Shown here piece after piece: positions 37,561 through 46,224 of a stretch of DNA of 64,000 nt. Below the pieces are notes generated by a model that worked only from the letters and a program-made list of their open reading frames with translations, was not told the DNA's origin and did not search any database. Made by a program: the position numbers and the translations under genes. Positions within the stretch are counted from its first letter, which is position 1. Every line of letters starts with the position of its first letter. Source of the DNA: Actinomycetes bacterium (GTDB lineage Bacteria > Actinomycetota > Actinomycetes > S36-B12 > UBA5976); assembly GCA_021824095.1 (NCBI GenBank), contig JAKALQ010000002.1, positions 935-64,934 of the forward strand, given 5' to 3'.

Positions 37561-38607
37561 TCATGCCACCTCCCCGCAGAGCGCGGGGCGCTCCACGCGC
37601 GGGTTGGCGCAGCATCCGACGGCACAGCGCTCGAGCGCGCGCGGGTAGCCGAGGTCGACACGGGCGTCGGTGGTGCCGTCGCCCCGCTCGATGGAGGCCC
37701 GCTCGATGAGGAGGTCGACGAGCCCACGCACGAAGGCCGGATGGGTGCCGGCAGTAGCGGCACGCACCATGCGCACCCCAACCTCCTCGGCCGTCTCGGC
37801 GGCCTCGGTGTCGAGGTCGTACTTCACCTCCATGTGGTCGCTCATGAAGCCGATGGGGGCGACGACGAGCTCGCGCACACCCTGGCCGGCGAGCTCGCGG
37901 ATGGCGTCGCTCACGTCGGGCTCGAGCCATGGCTGCGTGGGCGGGCCCGAACGCGAGCAGTACACGAGCTGCCACGGCCGGGCACCGCCGATGCGCTGCA
38001 TGATCTCGCGCGCCACGGCCTCGTGCTGCTCGGCGTAGCGCGTGGACGATGCCGCGATCGGGATGGAGTGCGTGACGAAGAGCACGGGCGCGTCATCGCC
38101 AAGGCCCTGCACCGCGTCACGGACGGCGTCGGTGTTGGCCTCAACGAAGCCCGCGGCGTCGAAGAACTGCGCCACCTTCGCCACCTCGGCATCGATGCCG
38201 TCGAAGGCCATGGCGAGGTCCTCGCGGTACTGCCGACAGCTGGAGTACGAGGAGTAGGCGCTCGTGACGATGACGACCGGACGTCGGACGCCGTCAGCCG
38301 CCATCTGCTGGGCCGTGTCGCGCACCCAGGGGGCCGAGTTGCGGTTGCCCCAGTAGAGCGGCAGGTCGGAGCCGGCGTCACGGAGGGCCGGCTCGAGCGC
38401 CGCGAGGAGCGTGCGGTTCTGCTCGTTGATGGGGCTCACGCCGCCGAAGTGCAGGTAGTGCTCGGCAACCTCCTCGAGGCGCTCGCGCGGGATGCCGCGG
38501 CCGCGCGTGACGTGCTCGAGGAAGGGCATCACCTCGTCCGGCGCCTCGGGGCCACCGAACGACAGCAGCAGCACGGCGTCAAAGGGGGCAAGTGGTTCGG
38601 TGCTCAT
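37561..38607 (-). CDS. hemH: Coproporphyrin ferrochelatase (CpfC/HemH), actinobacterial type with C-terminal Cys cluster
   Basis: MSTEPLAPFDAVLLLSFGGPEAPDEVMPFLEHVT... is a ferrochelatase N-terminus. The C-terminal CAVGCCANPRVERPALC is consistent with a [2Fe-2S] site. ATG 38607 lies 1 nt after the hemQ stop. Confidence 0.88.
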   Translation of the reverse strand: MSTEPLAPFDAVLLLSFGGPEAPDEVMPFLEHVTRGRGIPRERLEEVAEHYLHFGGVSPINEQNRTLLAALEPALRDAGSDLPLYWGNRNSAPWVRDTAQQMAADGVRRPVVIVTSAYSSYSSCRQYREDLAMAFDGIDAEVAKVAQFFDAAGFVEANTDAVRDAVQGLGDDAPVLFVTHSIPIAASSTRYAEQHEAVAREIMQRIGGARPWQLVYCSRSGPPTQPWLEPDVSDAIRELAGQGVRELVVAPIGFMSDHMEVKYDLDTEAAETAEEVGVRMVRAATAGTHPAFVRGLVDLLIERASIERGDGTTDARVDLGYPRALERCAVGCCANPRVERPALCGEVA

Positions 38608-38608
38608 G

Positions 38609-39301
38609 TCAGCGCCCCTGCACGTATTCGACGGGATCGACGAGTGGGCCGGTGAAGAAGGGGATCTCCTCACGCACATGGCGGCGCGCGCCGGTGGCCC
38701 GCAGGTCGCGCATGAGGTCCACGATGTCGTGGAGCACCGGGCCCTCGAAGGCGAGGATCCACTCGTAGTCGCCGAGGGCGAACGAGGCCACGGTGTTCGC
38801 GAGGATCTCCGGGTACTCACGCCCGGCCATGCCGTGCTCGACGAGCAGCGCACGGCGCTCCTCCTCGGGCAGCAGGTACCACTCGTACGAGCGCACGAAG
38901 GGGTAGACGCAGACGTAGCGACCGGGCTGCTCCTCGCGCATGAACGCCGGCGTGTGGCTGCGGTTGAACTCGGCCGGGCGATGCAGCGCCACCGACGACC
39001 AGTGCGGCGCGAAGTAGTCGCCAAGGCTGCTCGACAGGAAGCGTCCGTAGGCCGCCTGCAGCGACTCCACGTCGGCGGCATGCCACCAGATCATGAGGTC
39101 GGCATCGGCGCGCATGCCGCGGATGTCGTACCAGCCGCGGGTGACCACGCCGAGGTCGGCGATCTCGGCGCGGAAGGCGGCGAGATCGTCGAGGAGGGCG
39201 CTGCGATCACGCGGCAGGCGGTCGACCTGCGTGAACACCGACCACATCGTGTAGCGGATGGTGTCGTTGATCTCGCGGGCCTTGGGCTTCTCGCTGCTCA
39301 T
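38609..39301 (-). CDS. hemQ: Coproheme decarboxylase (ChdC/HemQ, chlorite-dismutase family)
   Basis: 230-aa chlorite-dismutase-like sequence. ATGA overlap with the hemE stop. Confidence 0.85.
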   Translation of the reverse strand: MSSEKPKAREINDTIRYTMWSVFTQVDRLPRDRSALLDDLAAFRAEIADLGVVTRGWYDIRGMRADADLMIWWHAADVESLQAAYGRFLSSSLGDYFAPHWSSVALHRPAEFNRSHTPAFMREEQPGRYVCVYPFVRSYEWYLLPEEERRALLVEHGMAGREYPEILANTVASFALGDYEWILAFEGPVLHDIVDLMRDLRATGARRHVREEIPFFTGPLVDPVEYVQGR

Positions 39302-40332
39302 GCTGCTCCTTCAAGGGAGTGGACGAGTTCGACCACACGGGTGAGGACATCGGGATCGGTCTCGGGCAGCACCCCGTGCCCGAGGTTGAACACGTGGCCG
39401 CGCGCGCCGCGCCCAGCGTCGACGATGGCGCGCACGCGCTGCTCGATGGCCGGCCACGGGGCGAAGAGGAGGGCGGGATCGAGATTGCCCTGCACGGCGT
39501 ACGTGCCACCGACGCGGCGCACGGCATCACGCATGTCGACACGGAAGTCGATGCCGACGCAGGTGGCGCCGGCCGCGCCGATCTCCTCGAGCAGCTCACC
39601 GGTACCGACGCCGAAGTGGATGCGCGGCACCGACGTGGCGTAGCCGAGGGCGGTACGCGAGTGCGGTTGCACCAGGTCGACGTAATCGGGCCGGTTGAGC
39701 GCGCCAGCCCACGAGTCGAACAGCTGCACCAATTGCGCGCCCGCCGCGACCTGCAGTTCGAGGTAGCGACCGGAGATGTGCGCGAGGCGGTCGAGCAGCG
39801 CGTGCCACAGCTCGGGGTCGCCATACATGAGGGCCTTCGTGTGCGTGTAGGTGCGGCTGGGTCCACCCTCGATGAGGTACGAGGCGAGGGTGAACGGCGC
39901 ACCGGCGAAGCCGATGAGGGCCTGGTCGGGCCGCAGCTGGCCACGGATCGCGCCGATGGCCTCGAGCACCGGCGCCACGTCCTCGGCCTCCAGGTCGCGC
40001 AGGCGGTCGACGTCGGCACGCGTACGCACCGGTGCGGCGACCACCGGACCGCGGCCGGGCACGATGTCGAGGTCGACGCCGATGGCCTTGAGCGGCACCA
40101 CGATGTCGGAGAAGAGGATGGCGGCGTCGACGTTGTGGCGACGCACCGGCTGCATCGTGATCTCGGTGATGAGGTCGGCGTCGAAGCAGGCATCGAGCAT
40201 CGCATGCTCGGCCCGGAGTGCCCGGTACTCGGGCAGGGAGCGGCCGGCCTGCCGCATGAACCACACCGGGGGGGTGGGAAGTTGCCGGCCGGCCGCAGCG
40301 ATCGCCAAGGCCGGCTGGTGTTCGTCGCGCAC
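39298..40332 (-). CDS. hemE: Uroporphyrinogen decarboxylase
   Basis: [16 protein letters not shown] motif. GTG 40332 is chosen because TACACT lies 7 nt upstream and the N-terminal length is typical. GTG 40356 is an alternative. The track start at 40548 is implausible. Confidence 0.85.
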   Translation of the reverse strand: MRDEHQPALAIAAAGRQLPTPPVWFMRQAGRSLPEYRALRAEHAMLDACFDADLITEITMQPVRRHNVDAAILFSDIVVPLKAIGVDLDIVPGRGPVVAAPVRTRADVDRLRDLEAEDVAPVLEAIGAIRGQLRPDQALIGFAGAPFTLASYLIEGGPSRTYTHTKALMYGDPELWHALLDRLAHISGRYLELQVAAGAQLVQLFDSWAGALNRPDYVDLVQPHSRTALGYATSVPRIHFGVGTGELLEEIGAAGATCVGIDFRVDMRDAVRRVGGTYAVQGNLDPALLFAPWPAIEQRVRAIVDAGRGARGHVFNLGHGVLPETDPDVLTRVVELVHSLEGAA

Positions 40333-40460
40333 GATCGGGAGTGTAGGAGGGGTCACGGAGGCCCGTCCGACGCGGCGTCGACACGTCCGCGCCGTACGGC
40401 AGGCTGCCCGCGTGCTGCGGTCCACGGGGCGGCGCCCGATGTTCGGGGCCGGTTCGGATG

Positions 40461-40706
40461 TCAGCGAGTGCGGCCGATGCGCACCGTCACCGGGCCCGGA
40501 GTGCAGTGGTCGCCCTGGTGGCAGTTGCCGCATCCGCCGATGCCGCACTCGGTCTTGAGCCGGTGCACGTCGAGGTCGCCGGTGCGCACGAGCACGTCCA
40601 CGATGGCGTCGACGAGGCCGGCGTCGAGGCCGGTGGCGGCAGTGATCTCACGACGGGTACGGGCGCCGGCGTCGAGGGCCGCGCGCACGATGGCGAGGGC
40701 ATCCAT
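40461..40706 (-). CDS. FeoC-like small winged-helix protein with C-terminal 4-Cys cluster
   Basis: 81 aa starting at ATG 40706, overlapping the feoB stop by 1 nt. wHTH-like [45 protein letters not shown], then [15 protein letters not shown]. Confidence 0.6.
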   Translation of the reverse strand: MDALAIVRAALDAGARTRREITAATGLDAGLVDAIVDVLVRTGDLDVHRLKTECGIGGCGNCHQGDHCTPGPVTVRIGRTR

Positions 40707-42610
40707 CACCCAACCCCCAGTGCCCGCAGGGCCTGGAACACGACCACCGCGATGGCCCACGCGAACAGCACCTGCGTCACCATGCCCGTGGCTGCCCAAC
40801 GCCAGCCGAACTCACGACGCTGCGCGCCGACGGTGGCGACGCAGGGCGTGTAGGCGGTGAGGAACACGAGGAACGCGATGACCGCCGCGTCCGGGTGGCC
40901 GCCGGAGGAACGCGTGAGGTCCTGCCGCAGGTTGCGGGCGAGGGTGGCACGGTCGAAATGCTGCGAGGCATCGACGAGCGCGTAGTTCTGCGCCCACGAC
41001 GTGATGACGACCTCCTTCGCGACGAAGCCCGTCACCAGGGCGCCCGTGGTGTGCCAGTCGTCGAAGCCCGCAGGGGCGAACACCGGGGCGACGGCCCTCG
41101 CCATGGCGCCGTAGGCGGAGTCGGCCACGGGGGTGGCGGCGAACCCGGCACCCCCGAGCGGCACGGACATGAGGAACCACACGATGAGCACGGTGGCGAC
41201 GACAATGCCGCCGGCCTCCTGCAGGAAGCCGCGGACCCGTAGCCAGGCATCGGCGAAGACGAACTTCGTCGTGGGCAGGCGGTAGGGCGGCAGTTCGATG
41301 AGGAGCGGCTCACGGGCCACCCCGCGGAAGAAGAGCGTGCGGAACAGCAGTGACCCGACGACGACGAGTGAGATCGACACGAGGTACATGCAGAACACGA
41401 CCGTGCCGGCGCGGTTGCCGAAGAAGATGCCGGCAACGAACACGTACACCGCCAGGCGCGCACTGCAGGCCGTGAAGGGCACGACGAGGCCCGCGAGGAT
41501 GCGGTGGCGGGCATCGCCGACGGATCGCGTGGAACTCACCGCGGGCACGTTGCACCCGAAGCCCACGAGCAGTGGCAGCAGCGCCTTGCCGGGCAGCCCG
41601 GCCACCCGCATGAGGTGGTCGGCGACCACGGCAGCACGGGCCATGTAGCCGGAGTCCTCGAGGATCGCGAGGAGCAGGAACATGATCGACATCACGGGCA
41701 GGAACGTGAGCAGGGTGCCCACACCGGCGATGACGCCGTCCACGATGAGGCCGCGCAACCACGGGGCCGTTGGCGCCAGCTGCTGCAGCCAGGTCGCGAC
41801 CTGCCCGCCGATGGTGCGGTTCATGAGTCGGTCGAGCAGGTCCTGCAGCGGGGCCGCCAGCGTGGTGGTGGCCTGGAACACCACCCACAGCACCGCGAGC
41901 AGCACCACGCTGCCGAGCACGGGTGCCGTGACCACGCGATCGACGCGATCGGTGAGGGTGGGGCGCTCCTCGCGACGCTCGACGTGGCGGGCCATCACCG
42001 CACTCACCCAGGTGAGTCGCTGCGCCGCCTCACTGGCGTCGTCGAAGTGCACCGGGTGATGCGGCACATGCGGCAGGGCGACGGCGTCCGCAATGGCCGT
42101 GCGGATGCGATCCATGCCCTCGCCCGTGCGCGGGATCACGGGGATGACGGGCACCCCGAGCTCACGTGCGAGCCCATCGACGTCCAAATGGATGCCGCGC
42201 CGTTCGGCGATGTCGGTCATGGTGAGCGCGACGATGACATGGGCCGAGATCTCGCGCGCCTGCGAGAGCAGGAAGAGGCAGCGGGCGATGTTCGACGCGT
42301 CCACGACGGTGAGCACCACGTCCACGCCCGCATCGACGACGAGGTCGCAGGCGAGGGCCTCGTCGGGCGAGATGGGGCTGAGGCTCGCGGTGCCGGGCAG
42401 GTCGAGCAGTTCGATGGCGCGACCGTCGACGGTGATGGTGGCCGTGCCGACCTCGACCGTGGTGGCGGGCCAGTTGCCCATCTTGCGGTGCACGCCCGCG
42501 AGGCGCGAGAACAGGGTGGACTTGCCAACGTTCGGGCGCCCGAGCAGGGCCACGACGGGTGCCGTGCGCGTGATGGCGGCACCGCCGGTCGTCTGGCACT
42601 CACTGCACAT
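40706..42610 (-). CDS. feoB: Ferrous iron transporter FeoB
   Basis: N-terminal G-domain VALLGRPNVGKSTLF plus a large polytopic membrane domain. Confidence 0.92.
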   Translation of the reverse strand: MCSECQTTGGAAITRTAPVVALLGRPNVGKSTLFSRLAGVHRKMGNWPATTVEVGTATITVDGRAIELLDLPGTASLSPISPDEALACDLVVDAGVDVVLTVVDASNIARCLFLLSQAREISAHVIVALTMTDIAERRGIHLDVDGLARELGVPVIPVIPRTGEGMDRIRTAIADAVALPHVPHHPVHFDDASEAAQRLTWVSAVMARHVERREERPTLTDRVDRVVTAPVLGSVVLLAVLWVVFQATTTLAAPLQDLLDRLMNRTIGGQVATWLQQLAPTAPWLRGLIVDGVIAGVGTLLTFLPVMSIMFLLLAILEDSGYMARAAVVADHLMRVAGLPGKALLPLLVGFGCNVPAVSSTRSVGDARHRILAGLVVPFTACSARLAVYVFVAGIFFGNRAGTVVFCMYLVSISLVVVGSLLFRTLFFRGVAREPLLIELPPYRLPTTKFVFADAWLRVRGFLQEAGGIVVATVLIVWFLMSVPLGGAGFAATPVADSAYGAMARAVAPVFAPAGFDDWHTTGALVTGFVAKEVVITSWAQNYALVDASQHFDRATLARNLRQDLTRSSGGHPDAAVIAFLVFLTAYTPCVATVGAQRREFGWRWAATGMVTQVLFAWAIAVVVFQALRALGVG

Positions 42611-42827
42611 GGAGTGGCTCCACAGTGATGGCCACGGCCAGCTCGCGGGCCAGGGTCAGGCGGGCGTCGCCGACGCGCACGATGCGCGCACCACTGGCGG
42701 CATGCACGAGCATCGCCACCTCGGCGCCGGCGCGCAGGCCCATGGAGGCCATGCGCACGCGCAGGGGCTGGTCGGCCACGTCCTGCACGCGGGCCCGGCC
42801 GCCGACGGGCAGGGCATGGAGCGTCAT
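42600..42827 (-). CDS. feoA: FeoA family protein
   Basis: 75-aa SH3-like FeoA sequence. GGAGGAGGG lies 6 nt upstream of the ATG. Overlaps the feoB start by 11 nt. Confidence 0.85.
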   Translation of the reverse strand: MTLHALPVGGRARVQDVADQPLRVRMASMGLRAGAEVAMLVHAASGARIVRVGDARLTLARELAVAITVEPLHVQ

Positions 42828-42920
42828 GCGGCGTCCCTCCTCCTGCCCGGGCCGTGTCTCGGGCTCAATTTCGCAACAAGACTGTATCGAAAACCGCGGG
42901 CCACTGCGATGTGCGCTGGG

Positions 42921-43652
42921 TCACCGAGCGACGCCCTCCGGGCGGAATCCCTCGAAGATGAGGCCCGCCCGAGCCCTGCGGCAGGCGTCGACCTCCGCCG
43001 GCGTGCGCACGGTCCACGCGAGCATGGGCACGCCGAGGCGCGCGCGCCACCGCTGGGCAAGCGGTTCGGCGAGCATCGAGACCTCGAAGGCGAGGAACTG
43101 CGGGCGGGTCACGAGGTTCGACCACAGGGTGCGCGAGTGCCAGCGCTCAAGGGCCCCCATGGTCGGCTCGGGTCGCTCGACGAGCTGGCCGCACGAGAGG
43201 TGCCGCTGCCGCCGGCGGGCCGCGAGCACGACACCGGGGTGGAAGCTCTGGAGGGCCACGCGATCGACGCGATCCGTCACCCGGGAGGCCACTGCGTCGA
43301 CGACCGCAGCCATGCGCCGGGTGGGCTTGATCTCGATGAGCAACGGCACCGTTGGTGGCACATTGGCCATGACGTCGTCGAGGGTCGCCAGGGGCACGTC
43401 GGTGCCGGAGAAGCGCAGGTCGCGCAGGACCGACCACGGGGTGCGTTCGATGACGTGCCGCACCCCGGTGTCATGCGCCGTGTCCGGGTCATGGCTCACG
43501 ATCGGCAGCCCATCGGCCGTGAGGTGTACGTCGAACTCGATGCCGTACCCGGCGTCCGCCGCGGCGACGATCGCCGGCAGCGAGTTGCGCCGCAACTGCT
43601 CGTCATGCAGTCCGCGATGGGCGAACAGCGAATCCTCGTTCGGCAGGAACAC
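42921..43652 (-). CDS. Glycerophosphodiester phosphodiesterase family protein
   Basis: FAHRGL...NSL...EFDVHLTADGLPIVSHD motifs. GTG start with GGGGAGG upstream. Confidence 0.85.
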   Translation of the reverse strand: MFLPNEDSLFAHRGLHDEQLRRNSLPAIVAAADAGYGIEFDVHLTADGLPIVSHDPDTAHDTGVRHVIERTPWSVLRDLRFSGTDVPLATLDDVMANVPPTVPLLIEIKPTRRMAAVVDAVASRVTDRVDRVALQSFHPGVVLAARRRQRHLSCGQLVERPEPTMGALERWHSRTLWSNLVTRPQFLAFEVSMLAEPLAQRWRARLGVPMLAWTVRTPAEVDACRRARAGLIFEGFRPEGVAR

Positions 43653-43705
43653 GGAACCTCCCCGATGGGCGTCGCCCCATCATGCCCGCATCACGCGGGC
43701 ATCGG

Positions 43706-45598
43706 TCAGTCGGCGCGGGCGCGGGTCTCGTTCGCGATGGCCATGATCTCCTGGGCAAGCGACCCGGCGAGCACCGCATCCGCCGGCTTCGGCAGGGCGA
43801 GGCTCCAGTTCGGCCATTGCGACGTGGTACCCGGCATGTTGGGACGCTCGCGCACCTCGGCCGCATCCTCGAGGTTGAACACGACGACGCGACTCGACGA
43901 CTCCGCCACCGTGCGACTGCGGGCGAGGATGGCCTGCCGCACCTGCGCATCGGTGTAGGGGCCGTCCTCCGGCAGGCCCGCCTCGCGGGCCAGGGCACGC
44001 TGGCGCTCACGTTCCGCATCCCAGTCGACGCTCTTGCCGACGGCCTGCATGTCGAGCGGGTCGGTGCCGAGGAGGATGCCGGCGATGGTCGCGTGGTCGT
44101 GCGTGCCAGTGGCACCGAAGGTGTTCACCGTGAACATCGAGACGGGCACACGACAGGCGGCGCGGTAGCCGAGCATGTCGATGTCCTGCATCATCGGACG
44201 CACGTACTCGGGCACGGTGCCCATGTCCTCGCCGACGACCCACGCATGCTGACGTGCGGCCTCGATGCGGATGATCGCGAGCAGCGCGTCATGCGGGTAG
44301 CGCACATACGCACCCTCGGCCGGGCCACCCGTCGGCGGCACCCAGAACAGGCGCCACAGCTGCATGACGTGGTCGATGCGCAGACCGCGCGCGTAGCGCA
44401 GGGCAGCGCGCACCATGCGGATGAAGGGCAGGAAGCCGACGGACTGCAACCCGGTGGGGCTGAAGGCCGGCAGGCCCCAGCGCTGGCCATCACGGTTGTG
44501 CCGGTCCGGAGGGCAGCCGACCTCGGCGTCGAACACGAGGATGTCCTGCCAGTGCCAGGCGTCGAAGCCGCCGCCGTCGAAGCCCACGGCGATGTCGGCG
44601 ACGATGTCGACACCCTGCCGAGAGGCGCGGCCGAGCTGCTTGTCGGCGAGCCACTGCAGCCAGGAGTGGAAGGCGATCTCGTCCGCGTGCTGCTCCATCC
44701 AGGCGCGCACGGCCGGACGGTCGGGGTGCTGCCACTGCCATTCCCAGGTCTGCCAGGGCAGGCCGAGCTCCTCGCTCAGCGCCATGAAGGTGGCGAACAT
44801 GCGCAGGTCCTCGCCCTGTTGTGCCACCCAGTCATTGCACAGTGGCCCGCCATCGCGGCCGGCCGCCTCCCAGATGCGGCGCAGCGCCTCGCGCTTGAGC
44901 GCCCACACCTGCGAGCGATCGATGATGCGGCTCTCGTTGAGCTCGCGCGCCTGCTCACGCAGGTCCGACAGGTCGGCATCGGTGCGGATGGCATCGATCG
45001 AGATGTAGAGCACCTGCAGCCACTCGCGCGAGGACGGCGAGTAGGGCGAGGCCATGGGGTGGGTGCCCATGTTGCCCGCATGCAGTGGGCACACCAGCAC
45101 GAAGCGTGCGCCACCGCGCGCGGCCTGCTTGCACAGCTTCGTGAGGTCGGCGAAGTCGCCGATGCCCCACGAGTCGGCCGTGCGCGCGTCATACAGCTGG
45201 ATCGACCAGCCGAACGAGCGCGGCGGCGTCGTGAGGCGCTCCGGCGCCCCGAGCACGAGTCGCGTGGCGCCCTCGGGAGTGCGCAGTGCGTGGTAGCCGA
45301 CCGCGTCGATCGGCAGGGTGCCATCGACATCGAACTCGCGGCCGTCACTCAGCCGGATGCGGCCATGCAGCTCGGGATGCCAGCGCCCGGGCGTCGCGAT
45401 GATCGGCGACGGGGTGTCGGAGATCGACGAGAACTCGTCAAAGAGCCAGGCCAGGGTGCTGTCGGGGATCTGACGCTCGATCTCGAAGGCGTCGAAGAAA
45501 CTCGGTTGCACGCCGCGTGCGGACACGTACTCGAGCATCTGCTCACGTGTGGGACGGTCGGTCATGTTGCTGCAGGGTACTTGTGCAACATGTTTCAT
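43706..45598 (-). CDS. malQ: 4-alpha-glucanotransferase (amylomaltase, GH77)
   Basis: GH77-like sequence (GWSIQLY...SWGIGDFADL...SPYSPSSREW). ATG 45565 (MTDRPTREQ) is an alternative start. Confidence 0.88.
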   Translation of the reverse strand: MKHVAQVPCSNMTDRPTREQMLEYVSARGVQPSFFDAFEIERQIPDSTLAWLFDEFSSISDTPSPIIATPGRWHPELHGRIRLSDGREFDVDGTLPIDAVGYHALRTPEGATRLVLGAPERLTTPPRSFGWSIQLYDARTADSWGIGDFADLTKLCKQAARGGARFVLVCPLHAGNMGTHPMASPYSPSSREWLQVLYISIDAIRTDADLSDLREQARELNESRIIDRSQVWALKREALRRIWEAAGRDGGPLCNDWVAQQGEDLRMFATFMALSEELGLPWQTWEWQWQHPDRPAVRAWMEQHADEIAFHSWLQWLADKQLGRASRQGVDIVADIAVGFDGGGFDAWHWQDILVFDAEVGCPPDRHNRDGQRWGLPAFSPTGLQSVGFLPFIRMVRAALRYARGLRIDHVMQLWRLFWVPPTGGPAEGAYVRYPHDALLAIIRIEAARQHAWVVGEDMGTVPEYVRPMMQDIDMLGYRAACRVPVSMFTVNTFGATGTHDHATIAGILLGTDPLDMQAVGKSVDWDAERERQRALAREAGLPEDGPYTDAQVRQAILARSRTVAESSSRVVVFNLEDAAEVRERPNMPGTTSQWPNWSLALPKPADAVLAGSLAQEIMAIANETRARAD

Positions 45599-45678
45599 TC
45601 ATGTTCGCGAAGCGCTTCGATGTGAAGTTCGCGTAGGAATCCCTGCAATTGCGTAACGGAAGGGACACGAACCGCCCG

Positions 45679-46170
45679 TCAGCGGGTCGGTCGGCGGTAC
45701 TCCGTCACCCATGCCTTCGTGCACGGGCTGAGCCGATCGAGCAGGCGATCGCCGATGGCCGTGAGCTGCTCGAGCTCCTCGGGGGTGAGGCGATCGACGA
45801 CGAGGTCGCGGACGTTGTCGACATGCCCGGGAGCGGCCTGCACCACCTTGTCCCAGCCCGCCTCCGTGAGTTGCGCATTCGTGGCACGACGGTCGCTCGG
45901 GCAGGAGACGCGGGCAATGAAGCCGCGATCCTCGAGGCGCTGCACCACGTGCGACAGGCGCGGGAGCGTGGCGTTCGTGCGGCTCGCGAGCTCGGACATG
46001 CGCAGGGTTCGGTCGGGGGCCTCGGAGAGCATGGAGAGCACCCAGTACTCGAAGTGCGAGAGATCGGAGTCGCGCCGCAGCTGCGACTCGAGGGCGCCCG
46101 GGAGCAGCTCGAGGATGGATGCCAGACGCATCCACGCCCCGATCTCGCGGTCGTCGAGCCAGCGGGTCAT
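45679..46170 (-). CDS. MarR-family transcriptional regulator
   Basis: wHTH region RMSELASRTNATLPRLSHVVQRLEDRGFIAR...DRRA. TAGCAT hexamer lies 6 nt before the ATG. Confidence 0.88.
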   Translation of the reverse strand: MTRWLDDREIGAWMRLASILELLPGALESQLRRDSDLSHFEYWVLSMLSEAPDRTLRMSELASRTNATLPRLSHVVQRLEDRGFIARVSCPSDRRATNAQLTEAGWDKVVQAAPGHVDNVRDLVVDRLTPEELEQLTAIGDRLLDRLSPCTKAWVTEYRRPTR

Positions 46171-46224
46171 GCCCCGATGCTAGCGGATAGTTGCCGCAAC
46201 AACCAATGCCACGCCGGGCCTCCG

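Noticed and set aside
37561-39081. 506-aa version of the ferrochelatase ORF. Similar N-terminal extensions appear in the track for hemA (to 37781), hemE (to 40548), rSAM (to 31664), FeoC-like (to 40799), the kinase (to 28106), the acyl-CoA ligase (to 49698) and the epimerase (from 11001)
   Set aside because: The extensions overlap the upstream gene in another frame. They translate to Arg/Pro/Ala-rich non-protein-like sequence and precede the conserved N-terminal motifs. Downstream starts with stop-start coupling, an RBS or a -10 hexamer fit better.
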